A stretch of DNA of 63,783 nucleotides, counting the filler. It is 6 parts of 6 records of this genome, joined end to end, with 100 filler letters (N's around TTAATTAATTAA, not from the genome) between each part and the next. Parts side by side here need not be neighbours in the genome. Positions count along the whole stretch, not along the records: positions 42,611 to 57,904 come from SRR31156797_17858; positions 58,005 to 63,783 come from SRR31156797_17919; 4 more parts are not named here. The stretch is one strand, 5' to 3'. Within the stretch, counting starts at the first letter, position 1. Every line of letters starts with the position of its first letter. A program made the position numbers and the translations under genes. Positions 50,036 to 59,443 of the stretch are shown here, in pieces. The notes under the pieces were generated by a model. That model saw only the letters and a list, made by a program, of their open reading frames with translations, made no database searches and had not been told where the DNA came from.

Positions 50036-50047
50036 CGAATATCCCCC

Positions 50048-50446
50048 TTACCAGACCTTACAGATGATCTCACCGCCGACCTTACCGACCGTGGCTTTCT
50101 TGCCAGTGGTCACACCGGTTGAGGTGGAAACGATCAAAGTACCGAATCCGTTCAGAACACGGGGCATTTCCTTGTATCCGGTGTAAACCCGTCTACCGGG
50201 AGTGGATACGGACTGAATACCGTGGATGATCGGATTTTCCTGCTCATCATACTTCAGGAAAACGCGGATAACGCTCTCGTCATCCATGGTAACCTTCTTG
50301 AAGTTCTTGATGAATCCCTCGTTCTTGAGGATTTTAATAATCTCCAGCTTGAGCTTGGAAGGAACGATATCGACCTTCTCGAATTTAGCCCTGCTGGCAT
50401 TTCTAATTTTTGTGAGCATATCCGCTACGGGATCTGAACAACTCAT
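50048..50446 (-). CDS. rpsH: 30S ribosomal protein S8
   Basis: [20 protein letters not shown]. Confidence 0.98.
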   Translation of the reverse strand: MSCSDPVADMLTKIRNASRAKFEKVDIVPSKLKLEIIKILKNEGFIKNFKKVTMDDESVIRVFLKYDEQENPIIHGIQSVSTPGRRVYTGYKEMPRVLNGFGTLIVSTSTGVTTGKKATVGKVGGEIICKVW

Positions 50447-50456
50447 ATTATCTCTC

Positions 50457-50642
50457 CTACCAGCTTGATTTAGTAACGCCGGGAATCATTCCTTCGTTAG
50501 CCAATTTCCGGAAACAGATTCTGCACATCTGAAACTTTCTCATGTAACCGCGGGGTCTTCCACAGATTCTGCATCTGTTGTACTCGCGGGTGCTGAACTT
50601 CTGCTTCTTGTTACATTTAACGATCATAGATTTCTTAGCCAT
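50457..50642 (-). CDS. rpsN: 30S ribosomal protein S14 (short Zn-binding type)
   Basis: RCRICGRPR...MCRICFR. Confidence 0.97.
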   Translation of the reverse strand: MAKKSMIVKCNKKQKFSTREYNRCRICGRPRGYMRKFQMCRICFRKLANEGMIPGVTKSSW

Positions 50643-50652
50643 CTATAAACTC

Positions 50653-51201
50653 CTATTTCCTGAAAGGCATACCGAACTTGGCAAGAAGGCTTCTCGCTTC
50701 GTCATCGGTTTTCGCCGTCGTTACAATGGCTACGTTCAGACCATTGATCTGTTCAATCTTATCGTAGTCAATCTCGGGAAAGATAATCTGCTCGGTAATA
50801 CCCAGGGAGTAGTTCCCACGGCCGTCGAAAGCCTTGGGATTAACGCCTCTGAAGTCCTTTACACGGGGGAGGGAAATGTTGATCAGACGATCCAGGAACT
50901 CATACATCTGGGAACCGCGGAGGGTCACCTTTGCTCCGATTTCCTGTCCCTCTCTAACCTTGAAGTTAGCGATGGACTTCCTCGCCTTGGTCTTCATTAC
51001 CTTCTGACCGGTAATCAGAGTCAGCTCATCAACTGCGGATTCCAGAAGCTTTTTATTGGTGATGGCTTCGCCAACGCCCATGCTTACGACGATCTTCTCG
51101 ATCTTGGGAATCTGCATCTTGGACTTGTATCCGAACTCAGAAAAAAGTTCCTGAGCGATCTTATCTGTATAAACAGTTTTTAATCTCGGTGCATTCGCCA
51201 T
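50653..51201 (-). CDS. rplE: 50S ribosomal protein L5
   Basis: [25 protein letters not shown]. Confidence 0.98.
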   Translation of the reverse strand: MANAPRLKTVYTDKIAQELFSEFGYKSKMQIPKIEKIVVSMGVGEAITNKKLLESAVDELTLITGQKVMKTKARKSIANFKVREGQEIGAKVTLRGSQMYEFLDRLINISLPRVKDFRGVNPKAFDGRGNYSLGITEQIIFPEIDYDKIEQINGLNVAIVTTAKTDDEARSLLAKFGMPFRK

Positions 51202-51518
51202 TATAAAGCTTCCCCGCATTTCTTGCAAACTCTTACTTTACTATCTCCGTCTACCTTGATGCCGACCCTGGTGGGTCCGCACTTCTTACAGAGAACCTGT
51301 ACATTAGAGAGATCAATAGCAGCTTCGATTTCAATAATTGCGCCCTTCTCGCCCTGAGCCTTGGGTTTCTGAGTCTTCTTGACCATGTTCAACCCTTCGA
51401 TAATGGCCCGGCCGGTATCTCTCTGGATCTTAAGGACTCGGCCTGTTTTACCGCTGTCTTTACCAGCAATAATCTTTACCTGATCGCCCTTTTTTACCTT
51501 ATATTTCACTTCAGCCAT
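51201..51518 (-). CDS. rplX: 50S ribosomal protein L24
   Basis: [13 protein letters not shown]; two CKKC motifs. Confidence 0.97.
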   Translation of the reverse strand: MAEVKYKVKKGDQVKIIAGKDSGKTGRVLKIQRDTGRAIIEGLNMVKKTQKPKAQGEKGAIIEIEAAIDLSNVQVLCKKCGPTRVGIKVDGDSKVRVCKKCGEAL

Positions 51519-51528
51519 CTAAAATCTC

Positions 51529-51897
51529 CTAAAGAACCTCGGGTGCCAAAGAAACGATCTTCATAAAATCGGCATCTCTCAGCTCTCTCGCCACGGGTCC
51601 GAAAATACGCTTACCCACGGGGCCGTTGTTGGCATCGACGATAACACAGGCGTTGTCGTCAAAACGGATATATGTTCCGTCGGGACGTCTGTACTCTTTA
51701 TGTGTTCTTACGATAACGGCCTTCTTAACATCTCCCTTTTTGATAGGAGCGTTGGGAAGAGCGTCTTTAACAGCAACCACGATAATGTCGCCGATGCTGG
51801 CATATCTTCTATGACTTCCGCCGAGAACCTTGATACACTGTACTCTTTTGGCACCAGAGTTATCAGCTACATTCAAATATGTATTATCCTGAATCAT
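51529..51897 (-). CDS. rplN: 50S ribosomal protein L14
   Basis: VADNSGA, IRFDDNA, SLAPEVL. Confidence 0.98.
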   Translation of the reverse strand: MIQDNTYLNVADNSGAKRVQCIKVLGGSHRRYASIGDIIVVAVKDALPNAPIKKGDVKKAVIVRTHKEYRRPDGTYIRFDDNACVIVDANNGPVGKRIFGPVARELRDADFMKIVSLAPEVL

Positions 51898-51912
51898 ACC
51901 TCTACCTCCGGC

Positions 51913-52176
51913 TTACTTGGCTCTCTCAAGAACTTCCTGAAGAGACCAGCACTTGTCCTTGCTGACAGGTCTGCATTCGATGATGCGGACGGTGTCGCCT
52001 GTATGCGCATCGTTCTTTTCGTCGTGCGCCTTGTACTTTACCGAGCTAGTGACGTACTTCTTGTACAGGGGATGGAGCTTCTTGGTGGTAATCTTAACGA
52101 CTACGGTCTTGTCCATCTTGTCACTGACAACTACACCGGTAAAAACCTTTTTGTTAGTCTTCTGTGCTTCTTCCAT
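51913..52176 (-). CDS. rpsQ: 30S ribosomal protein S17
   Basis: [15 protein letters not shown]. Confidence 0.97.
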   Translation of the reverse strand: MEEAQKTNKKVFTGVVVSDKMDKTVVVKITTKKLHPLYKKYVTSSVKYKAHDEKNDAHTGDTVRIIECRPVSKDKCWSLQEVLERAK

Positions 52177-52178
52177 CA

Positions 52179-52379
52179 CTACGCCTTCCTGATCCCGAGG
52201 TCAAACTCGTTAATCATCGTGTTCAAACGGGCGATGCTTCTTCTCAGATTTCTCTTGTCCATCCGATTCTCAACATGACCCAGAACCATATCAAATCTCA
52301 TTTTCTGCAGCTTACCAGCCAGCTCATCGCGCTTGGCAATCAGCTCTTCCACAGACAGATCGTTGAAACGTTCTTTCAT
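52179..52379 (-). CDS. rpmC: 50S ribosomal protein L29
   Basis: RRSIARLNT; operon position. Confidence 0.95.
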   Translation of the reverse strand: MKERFNDLSVEELIAKRDELAGKLQKMRFDMVLGHVENRMDKRNLRRSIARLNTMINEFDLGIRKA

Positions 52380-52381
52380 GA

Positions 52382-52795
52382 CTACTTCGCCTCCTTATAG
52401 ACGAACTTTGTCTTGATAGGCAGCTTGCTGCCGGCAAGTTCCATAGCTCTCTTGGCCAGGTCCTTGTCAACACCGCCGATCTCAAACATAACGGTACCGG
52501 GCTTCACTTCGGCGACCCACTTCTCGGGGTTACCCTTACCCTTACCCATTCTGGTTTCAGCGGGCTTCTTGGTATAGGGAATGTCAGGGAAGATCCTGAT
52601 CCAAACCTTACCGCCTCTCTTGATGTGACGTGTCATGGCAACACGAGCAGCCTCAATCTGGCGGGCAGTGATCCACTTGTTATCGAGGGCTACCAGACCA
52701 CACTCACCGAATGCGATGGAATTGCCTCTTGTGGCGTTTCCCTTGAGAACGCCACGCATTCTTTTTCTGTATTTGGTTTTCTTAGGACTCAGCAT
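52382..52795 (-). CDS. rplP: 50S ribosomal protein L16
   Basis: QIEAAR, RMGKGKG. Confidence 0.98.
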   Translation of the reverse strand: MLSPKKTKYRKRMRGVLKGNATRGNSIAFGECGLVALDNKWITARQIEAARVAMTRHIKRGGKVWIRIFPDIPYTKKPAETRMGKGKGNPEKWVAEVKPGTVMFEIGGVDKDLAKRAMELAGSKLPIKTKFVYKEAK

Positions 52796-52798
52796 CTC

Positions 52799-53497
52799 TT
52801 AGCTCCTTGAGGCCCTGTCTTTCTGGTTCTTAACCAGAAGTCCGGCATCGTCTTTCTGCTCATTTCCGTAAACTTCGCCTTTGAAAACCCATACTTTAAT
52901 ACCGATCTTACCAAATGTGGTATCTGCCTCGGCAAATCCGTAATCGATATCGGCTCTCAGGGTGTGCAGGGGGATTCTTCCCTCTTTCACTTCCTGAGTT
53001 CTGGCCATTTCAGCACCGCCGAGTCTTCCGGAAACCTTAATCTTGATTCCCTTCACACCGGCTTTCATGGCGTTGGCTGCGGTCATCTTCAGAGCTCTTC
53101 TGAAGGCGACACGGCCCTTGAGCTGGCGTGCTACGTTCAGGGCGATGATCTGCGCGTCGGCCTCGGGCTTCTTCACTTCCTTGATCTTCACCTGAATCTT
53201 TTTGTCCGTCAGCTTCTGCAGCATCAGACCGATTTTCTCGATGTTGGCACCCTTGGTACCGATGATGACACCGGGTCTTGCGGTGTAGATCATCATGGTG
53301 ATCCGCTGGGGCTGTCTGATGATCTCGATATCACCGATCTCAGCACCCTTTGCTTCGGGGCAGTCCATCAGGGCTTTCCGAAGGGCCAGATCTTCATGCA
53401 GAGAATCAGCATAATCTCTGGGGTCAACATACCATTTTGACTTCCAAGTCTTATTAATACCCAGTCTGAGACCGTAAGGATTTACTTTCTGTCCCAT
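52799..53497 (-). CDS. rpsC: 30S ribosomal protein S3
   Basis: [18 protein letters not shown]. Confidence 0.98.
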   Translation of the reverse strand: MGQKVNPYGLRLGINKTWKSKWYVDPRDYADSLHEDLALRKALMDCPEAKGAEIGDIEIIRQPQRITMMIYTARPGVIIGTKGANIEKIGLMLQKLTDKKIQVKIKEVKKPEADAQIIALNVARQLKGRVAFRRALKMTAANAMKAGVKGIKIKVSGRLGGAEMARTQEVKEGRIPLHTLRADIDYGFAEADTTFGKIGIKVWVFKGEVYGNEQKDDAGLLVKNQKDRASRS

Positions 53498-53863
53498 TTA
53501 TTCCCCCGTACTTCCTAATTCATCTACTACTACAGAAATATGTGAAGATCTTTTCAGCAGTCTATCGGCTCTCCCTCTGGAACGGGGCCACATTCTCTTC
53601 TGAATGGGTCCGCCGTCAACCAGCAGCTCGGCGATATACAGAGAATCCTCGTCCAGCATGTTGTTCTGGTTGAGAGCGTTGGCAGCGGCAGACTTAACTA
53701 CCTTCACCAGCAGCTTAGCGCCCTTGTTGGGCAGATTCTCCAGAATAGCCACAGCTTCAGCGTAAGGCTTTCTTCTAATATTATCAGCAATAGGTCTGAT
53801 CTTAGTGGGAGACATAGGCAGATTCTTAGCTACCGCTTTATAACCTTTCTTTGCTTCCATCAC
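53498..53863 (-). CDS. rplV: 50S ribosomal protein L22
   Basis: KSAAANA, PRSRGRA, SHISVVV. Confidence 0.97.
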   Translation of the reverse strand: MMEAKKGYKAVAKNLPMSPTKIRPIADNIRRKPYAEAVAILENLPNKGAKLLVKVVKSAAANALNQNNMLDEDSLYIAELLVDGGPIQKRMWPRSRGRADRLLKRSSHISVVVDELGSTGE

Positions 53864-53867
53864 TTAC

Positions 53868-54149
53868 CTACCTTTTAGACTTCTTGTCGGAACCAGCATG
53901 TCCTCTGAACAGTCTGGTCGGAGCAAACTCACCAAGCTTATGACCAACAAGATTTTCCGTTACGTATACGGGTACCCAGGTCTTGCCGTTGTATACAGAA
54001 ACGGTCAGGCCTACCATTTCGGGAATGATAGTAGAGGTTCTGCTGAAGGTCTTAATCATGGCCTTCTTGGAACCGGACTTGTTCTGTTCAACAACCTTTT
54101 TATAAAGGCTTTTAGCAATAAACGGTCCCTTTTTAATTGATCTAGACAC
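53868..54149 (-). CDS. rpsS: 30S ribosomal protein S19
   Basis: [19 protein letters not shown]. Confidence 0.98.
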   Translation of the reverse strand: MSRSIKKGPFIAKSLYKKVVEQNKSGSKKAMIKTFSRTSTIIPEMVGLTVSVYNGKTWVPVYVTENLVGHKLGEFAPTRLFRGHAGSDKKSKR

Positions 54150-54158
54150 GTTTTACTC

Positions 54159-54983
54159 CTATTTCCGTCTCTTAACAATGAAATTGTCAGAGTTCTTATG
54201 TTTCTTCCTTGTCTTGAATCCCTTGGTCGGCTTACCCCAGGGAGTCACAGGATGACGTCCACCGGAGGTCTTACCCTCACCACCACCATGGGGGTGATCA
54301 ACGGGGTTCATAACAACACCTCTAACCTTGGGCCTTCTACCCATCCATCTGGAACGACCGGCCTTACCGATTTTCACATTCATGTGATCCTCGTTTCCGA
54401 CCTCGCCCAGAGTGGCCATGCACTTGTTGAGCACCATTCTCATCTCGCCGGAGGGCATCTTAAGAGTGACATACTTGCCTTCCTTAGCAGCGATCAGGGC
54501 TCCACCGCCGGCGGTTCTTACCATTTGGGCACCGCGGCCGAGCTGAAGCTCAACACAGTGAACGGTACGACCTACGGGGATGTTCTCCAGGGGAAGAGCG
54601 TTACCAACCTCGATGGGAGAGTTGGGTCCGTTAAAGATAACGCTTCCTACTTCAATGCCCTTGGGGGCGATGATGTAGCGCTTTTCACCGTCTGCATAGT
54701 GAACCAGAGCGATGTTGGCGGATCTGTTCGGATCGTATTCGATCTGAGCGATCTTACCGGGGATGTCAAACTTGTTCCGTCTGAAATCGATCTCTCTGTA
54801 TTTTCTCTTGTGTCCGCCACCGCGGCGGCGAACTGCGATCCGTCCTCCGGCTCCGCGACCGGCTTTTGAAGATTTACCGGTTGAGAGAGACTTCTCGGGC
54901 TTGCTTCTGGTGATACCATCAAAAGTCAAGCTCTGTCTGTATCTCTGGGACGGTGTTCTAGGATTATACGTTTTTATACCCAC
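54159..54983 (-). CDS. rplB: 50S ribosomal protein L2
   Basis: [21 protein letters not shown]. Confidence 0.98.
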   Translation of the reverse strand: MGIKTYNPRTPSQRYRQSLTFDGITRSKPEKSLSTGKSSKAGRGAGGRIAVRRRGGGHKRKYREIDFRRNKFDIPGKIAQIEYDPNRSANIALVHYADGEKRYIIAPKGIEVGSVIFNGPNSPIEVGNALPLENIPVGRTVHCVELQLGRGAQMVRTAGGGALIAAKEGKYVTLKMPSGEMRMVLNKCMATLGEVGNEDHMNVKIGKAGRSRWMGRRPKVRGVVMNPVDHPHGGGEGKTSGGRHPVTPWGKPTKGFKTRKKHKNSDNFIVKRRK

Positions 54984-54998
54984 AGATTTACTCCTACC

Positions 54999-55313
54999 TT
55001 ATACGCCTTCAAAAGCATCGATCTTCTCACCGGCGGCGAGGGTCACAATAGCCTTCTTCCAGGATGCGGTCCGACCGTAGCCTCTTTTGAAGCTGTTGGC
55101 AGAAACGGGAACGTTAGCCTTTTTCTTGCCGCTTACGTTCACGATGTTACAGCTGACGGGGGTTACGGAAAACATTTCCTTCACCGCGCTGATAACCTGG
55201 ACCTTGTTGGCTTTCTTATCAACCTTGAAGACATACTTCTTCGATTCACCTTCGCGAAGGATATTCGTTTTTTCTGTCAGAACAGGTTCTATGATTACTT
55301 TATAAGCTTCCAT
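54999..55313 (-). CDS. rplW: 50S ribosomal protein L23
   Basis: PVLTEK, YVFKV, WKKAIVTL. Confidence 0.96.
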   Translation of the reverse strand: MEAYKVIIEPVLTEKTNILREGESKKYVFKVDKKANKVQVISAVKEMFSVTPVSCNIVNVSGKKKANVPVSANSFKRGYGRTASWKKAIVTLAAGEKIDAFEGV

Positions 55314-55321
55314 ATTCGACC

Positions 55322-55948
55322 TCATCCACCGTAAAATTCGTTCAGCTTGGATGCGGCGCCTTCCAGTACCAGCACGTTCTTACCGTAGAACAGAGTGTGA
55401 GCACTCAGTCTGTTGTAAGAAAGGAACCGGACATTGGGGAGGTTGCGTCCCGCACGTCTGATCATCTTGTCATCATCTTTGAGAACAACAACGGTTTTCT
55501 CATCGTTAACCAAAGCTTTCAGAATGGCCTTGAAATCCTTGGTCTTTCCAGATTCGACGGTAAAATCTTCAACGATTTTAAACGTCGTCTCGTCCTGAGC
55601 CTTCAGACTCAGAATAGATTTCATTGCCAGCTGCTTTACCTTCTTGGGGATGGTGTAGCTATAGTCTCTGGGCTTGGGACCGAAGACGATGCTTCCACCC
55701 ACCCATACGGGAGATCTTCTTCTACCGGCTCTAGCGCGACCGGTACCCTTCTGTCTCCAGGGCTTTGCTGTTGTTCCTCTTACTTCACTTCTCGTGAGAG
55801 TGCTGGCCGTCCCGACTCTTCTGTTAGCAAGCTCGTTCTTGATGGCGTTGTAAATAGAGCCATCACTGACTTCGCGAGCGAATACTGAATCGTCAAGAGT
55901 TATCGTCCGCAGCTCTTTTCCTTCAATTGAAAAGACTTTTCTGTCCAT
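55322..55948 (-). CDS. rplD: 50S ribosomal protein L4
   Basis: KPWRQKGTGRARAG, FGPKPR. Confidence 0.98.
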   Translation of the reverse strand: MDRKVFSIEGKELRTITLDDSVFAREVSDGSIYNAIKNELANRRVGTASTLTRSEVRGTTAKPWRQKGTGRARAGRRRSPVWVGGSIVFGPKPRDYSYTIPKKVKQLAMKSILSLKAQDETTFKIVEDFTVESGKTKDFKAILKALVNDEKTVVVLKDDDKMIRRAGRNLPNVRFLSYNRLSAHTLFYGKNVLVLEGAASKLNEFYGG

Positions 55949-55957
55949 AATAATCCT

Positions 55958-56578
55958 CTATTTCTTCTTGGCCTTGCGTACGAAAACAACGCTGTCCTTC
56001 GTACCGGGCACTGCACCCTTAACCAATACAATATTCTTTTCAGCATCTACTCTAACGACTTCCAGATTCTGAACAGTCTTTCTCTCACCGCCCATGCGGC
56101 CGGCCATCTTGGTGCCCTTGATAACCTTAGAAGGCCAGGCAGCCATACCGGTAGAACCGTTTGCTCTGTGGAACTTGGAACCGTGGGTCGCACGTCCACC
56201 ACTGAAATTATGGCGTTTCATAACACCCTGAAAACCTTTACCCTTGGACGTTCCGACAACGTCGACATAGGAAAAACCCTCTATCAGTTCTACGCCGAAA
56301 GAATCGCCAACATTACATTCTTTCTCAAAGTCACGGAGTTCCATGACATGCTTTTTAGGGGTTGTATCTTCCTTGAACTGTCCCGCGTAAGGTTTGGTAA
56401 CATGGCTGGACTTCATCTCTACAGACCCAAGCACTACCGCATCGTAGCCGTCGTTTTCAACCGTTCTATTGGCTACGACAACATTGGGCTCAACTTTAAT
56501 AACGGTAACAGGAGTTAAAGTTCCTTCAGAATCAAACACCTGGGTCATTCCAGCTTTCTTGCCAATTAAACCAATCAT
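55958..56578 (-). CDS. rplC: 50S ribosomal protein L3
   Basis: GKKAGMTQ, SKGKGFQG, VKGAVPG. Confidence 0.98.
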   Translation of the reverse strand: MIGLIGKKAGMTQVFDSEGTLTPVTVIKVEPNVVVANRTVENDGYDAVVLGSVEMKSSHVTKPYAGQFKEDTTPKKHVMELRDFEKECNVGDSFGVELIEGFSYVDVVGTSKGKGFQGVMKRHNFSGGRATHGSKFHRANGSTGMAAWPSKVIKGTKMAGRMGGERKTVQNLEVVRVDAEKNIVLVKGAVPGTKDSVVFVRKAKKK

Positions 56579-56600
56579 CTAATACCTCAACAATTCTTAC

Positions 56601-56909
56601 TTACTGCTTGATCTCTACATCCACTCCAGCGGGCAGCTCGAGCTTCATAAGAGCATCCATAACAGCAGAGGTTGGCTCTAAAATATCTATAAGTCTTTTG
56701 TGAGTTCTCATTTCGAACTGCTCTCTAGACTTCTTGTTTACAAAAGTTGATTTCAGTACAGTAAATTTATTAATTCTCGTAGGCAGAGGGATCGGTCCAG
56801 AAACCTTACTACCCTGTTTCTGAACGGCCTGTACAATGGCCTTCGCACTCTGGTCAATCAACTCAACGTCAAAACCTCTTAATCTGACGCGTATCCGTTC
56901 CTTACCCAT
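56601..56909 (-). CDS. rpsJ: 30S ribosomal protein S10
   Basis: [19 protein letters not shown]. Confidence 0.98.
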   Translation of the reverse strand: MGKERIRVRLRGFDVELIDQSAKAIVQAVQKQGSKVSGPIPLPTRINKFTVLKSTFVNKKSREQFEMRTHKRLIDILEPTSAVMDALMKLELPAGVDVEIKQ

Positions 56910-56924
56910 TAGTCCTCCAGAAAA

Positions 56925-56950
56925 TCGCCCTGCCTTGCCGGCAGGGCGAC
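56925..56950 (-). promoter_or_regulatory. Hairpin between tuf and rpsJ (terminator/attenuator-like)
   Basis: TCGCCCTGCC/GGCAGGGCGA inverted repeat followed by TTTT on the minus strand. Confidence 0.55.
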
Positions 56951-56964
56951 TCTATCAAATACTC

Positions 56965-57904
56965 TTATTCTACAATCTCAGTGATCTGACCGGATGCTAC
57001 GGTTCTACCACCCTCACGGATGGAGAATCTCAGACCATTGTCCATTGCGATAGCGTGAATCAGCTCAGCGCTGATGTCGGTGTTATCACCAGGCATTACC
57101 ATCTGCTTGTCTTCGGGCAGAGATACGGTACCTGTAATGTCGGTAGTTCTGAAGTAGAACTGGGGTCTGTAACCGGTGAAGAAGGGGTTGTGACGTCCAC
57201 CCTCTTCCTTGGTCAGACAGTACAGAGTAGCCTTGAACTTGGTGTGGGGAGAGATGGAACCGGGCTTACAAAGAACCTGTCCTCTCTGAACTTCCTTCTT
57301 GTCAACACCACGGAGCAGAGCACCGATGTTGTCACCAGCCTGACCTTCGTCCAGCAGCTTGTTGAACATTTCAACACCTGTACAGGTAGTGGTCTGGGTC
57401 TCGCGGATACCAACGATCTCGATGTTGTCACCGACGTGGATGATTCCCTTCTCAACACGACCGGTTACAACTGTACCACGGCCGGAGATGGAGAATACGT
57501 CCTCGATGGGCATCAGGAAGTCCTGATCAACGTCTCTCTCGGGGATGGGGAAGTAGGTGTCCATGGAGTCCAGGAGCTCCTGGATACAAGCGGTCTTTTC
57601 ACCGTCTTCGATGTTGGACATAGCCTCGAAAGCGGAACCCTTAATAATGGGGGTGTCGTCTCCGGGGAATCCGTACTCGTCCAGAAGCTCGCGAACTTCC
57701 ATCTCAACCAGGTCTACCAGCTCGGGGTCGGCCAGGTCCAGCTTGTTCATGAAAACGATCAGCTTGGGAACGCCAACCTGTCTTGCGAGCAGGATGTGCT
57801 CTCTGGTCTGGGGCTCGGGACCGGAGTCTGCGGCTACGAGAAGAACAGCACCGTCCATCTGCGCGGCACCGGTAATCATGTTCTTGATGTAGTCGGCGTG
57901 ACCC
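56965..57904 (-). CDS. tuf: Elongation factor Tu (5'-truncated by the contig end)
   Basis: [35 protein letters not shown]. Confidence 0.98.
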
Positions 57905-58004
57905 NNNNNNNNNNNNNNNNNNNNNNNNNNNNNNNNNNNNNNNNNNNNTTAATTAATTAANNNNNNNNNNNNNNNNNNNNNNNNNNNNNNNNNNNNNNNN
58001 NNNN
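57905..58004. other. Artificial contig spacer
   Basis: N44-TTAATTAATTAA-N44. Confidence 0.99.
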
Positions 58005-58132
58005 CAAAAAGAAACTAAAATTTATATATATATATTTGTTGCCACGTAAAGCTCAAAACATAGCTCGAGCTTATAGTCAATCATATTTTTACACAACTAA
58101 AAATCATCATTTTTGATAATAAGGGGGAAGCT

Positions 58133-58351
58133 ATGTCTAAAAACAGTTTAAAATTAATCACTCTCAATAAAGGGGAAGTATTTCGTACATCGAAAAAGGC
58201 CCTAACAATTAACTGTATAAAGGGTGTTCTCTGGATAACATTCAAGGGAAGTAAAGATATCATTTTGGAGCAGGGAAAAAATATGACTCTGAAAAATGAG
58301 AAGTTCATTTTGCTACAGGCACTGGAGAGTAGCAGTATTGAGTTATTATAA
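58133..58351 (+). CDS. Small DUF2917-like protein
   Basis: INCIKGVLWIT..G.KDIILEQG pattern; GGGG RBS. Confidence 0.65.
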   Translation: MSKNSLKLITLNKGEVFRTSKKALTINCIKGVLWITFKGSKDIILEQGKNMTLKNEKFILLQALESSSIELL

Positions 58352-58377
58352 CGCTCTCGATGAAAGAGGTGGTAAAG

Positions 58378-58860
58378 ATGTCAATAAAGATAAGAAATAT
58401 TAATCATAATCCGGAAATATGCCTCAATGTAATAAGAGAAGCATTTATGACAGTTGCAAAAGATTTCGCTCTCGATAAACAGAATGCGCCAAGTAACCCT
58501 GCATTTATAGAGCTGGAGCATCTTATTCAGATGAAGGAAAGAGGTGTAGCAATGTTTGGAGCTTTCATTGATGATAAGTGTTTTGGATTTGTAGGGATAG
58601 AAAATGCAGGAAATAACGCGTATTATCTGGAAAAGTTGGCTGTACTGCCAAAGTATAGAAAGCTAGGATATGGTAGGGAGATCATTGATTTCGTTTTCCG
58701 ATACGTCAGAGAGCATCAAGGGAATATAGTTTCGATCGGGATAATTGATGAGCATCATGTGTTGAAGAGTTGGTATTCTGATTATGGATTTATTGAAGTA
58801 GGGAAGAAAAAATTTGATCATTTGCCGTTTACTGTGTGTTTTATGGAGATGGAAGTATAA
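58378..58860 (+). CDS. GNAT-family acetyltransferase
   Basis: LAVLPKYRKLGYG acetyl-CoA motif; WYSDYGF. Confidence 0.88.
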   Translation: MSIKIRNINHNPEICLNVIREAFMTVAKDFALDKQNAPSNPAFIELEHLIQMKERGVAMFGAFIDDKCFGFVGIENAGNNAYYLEKLAVLPKYRKLGYGREIIDFVFRYVREHQGNIVSIGIIDEHHVLKSWYSDYGFIEVGKKKFDHLPFTVCFMEMEV

Positions 58861-58884
58861 TTAATTGAGAAATAATAATATTGG

Positions 58885-58939
58885 AAATGACCTCTTACAT
58901 GATAATTGTAATTATCTACGAAAGAGGTCATTTTGTTTT
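58885..58939 (+). terminator. Probable terminator after the GNAT gene
   Basis: AAATGACCTCTT ... AAGAGGTCATTT inverted repeat followed by TGTTTT. Confidence 0.55.
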
Positions 58940-59330
58940 CTGACATTTTCGCTGTTATAAGCTAATGTATAAAAAAAATAGTATTTTCTCTTTTTTCTAG
59001 TTTAGTGTTTTAATATTCATTTATCTTTAATCGCTTCACATTTTTTACAACTTTAAGTCTTTTTATACCTACTTTTGTTCTTTATATCGCTTTCAAAAAC
59101 ACCTTAAATCAACTAGCTCGTTTTAAAACTAACATTGATATCTATTTTTGCACATGCTATAATAGATAAGTTACATTAATCACATTAAGCGAAACAAAAC
59201 CTTTTTTTAGGGCATCGTATCCTTTTCACATATTTCGTTTATTAACTGGATTAACAATAAAACTAGTTTTAAAAAATTATGAATTTTGACACAGTTCAAT
59301 AAAAAGATAAGGATAAGGTAAAAAAATAAC

Positions 59331-59418
59331 GCGCAACTCAATTGCGTATTATTTCCTGCATAGGTATAAAAGGCGCAACTTTTTAGTTATTTATAGCGTC
59401 TATAAACGAGTTAGTGAA
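59331..59418 (+). mobile_element. Putative integron-type attI-like site / left cassette boundary
   Basis: GCGCAACT direct repeats (59331, 59373), then CGTCTATAAACGA-GTTAGTGAA; the GTT core at 59410 is complementary to TTCACTAAC at 62682. Confidence 0.5.
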
Positions 59419-59443
59419 CATCAAAAATATACAAGGAGAAAAT

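Noticed and set aside
58023-58036. (TA)n microsatellite near the contig start
   Set aside because: Short, low-complexity and at a contig edge in AT-rich DNA; no evidence of function
59204-59290. Decayed tyrosine-integrase C-terminus (reads LGH-x8-Y then stop) upstream of the attI-like site
   Set aside because: Only a few residues match in very AT-rich DNA with several stops; indistinguishable from chance without TBLASTN
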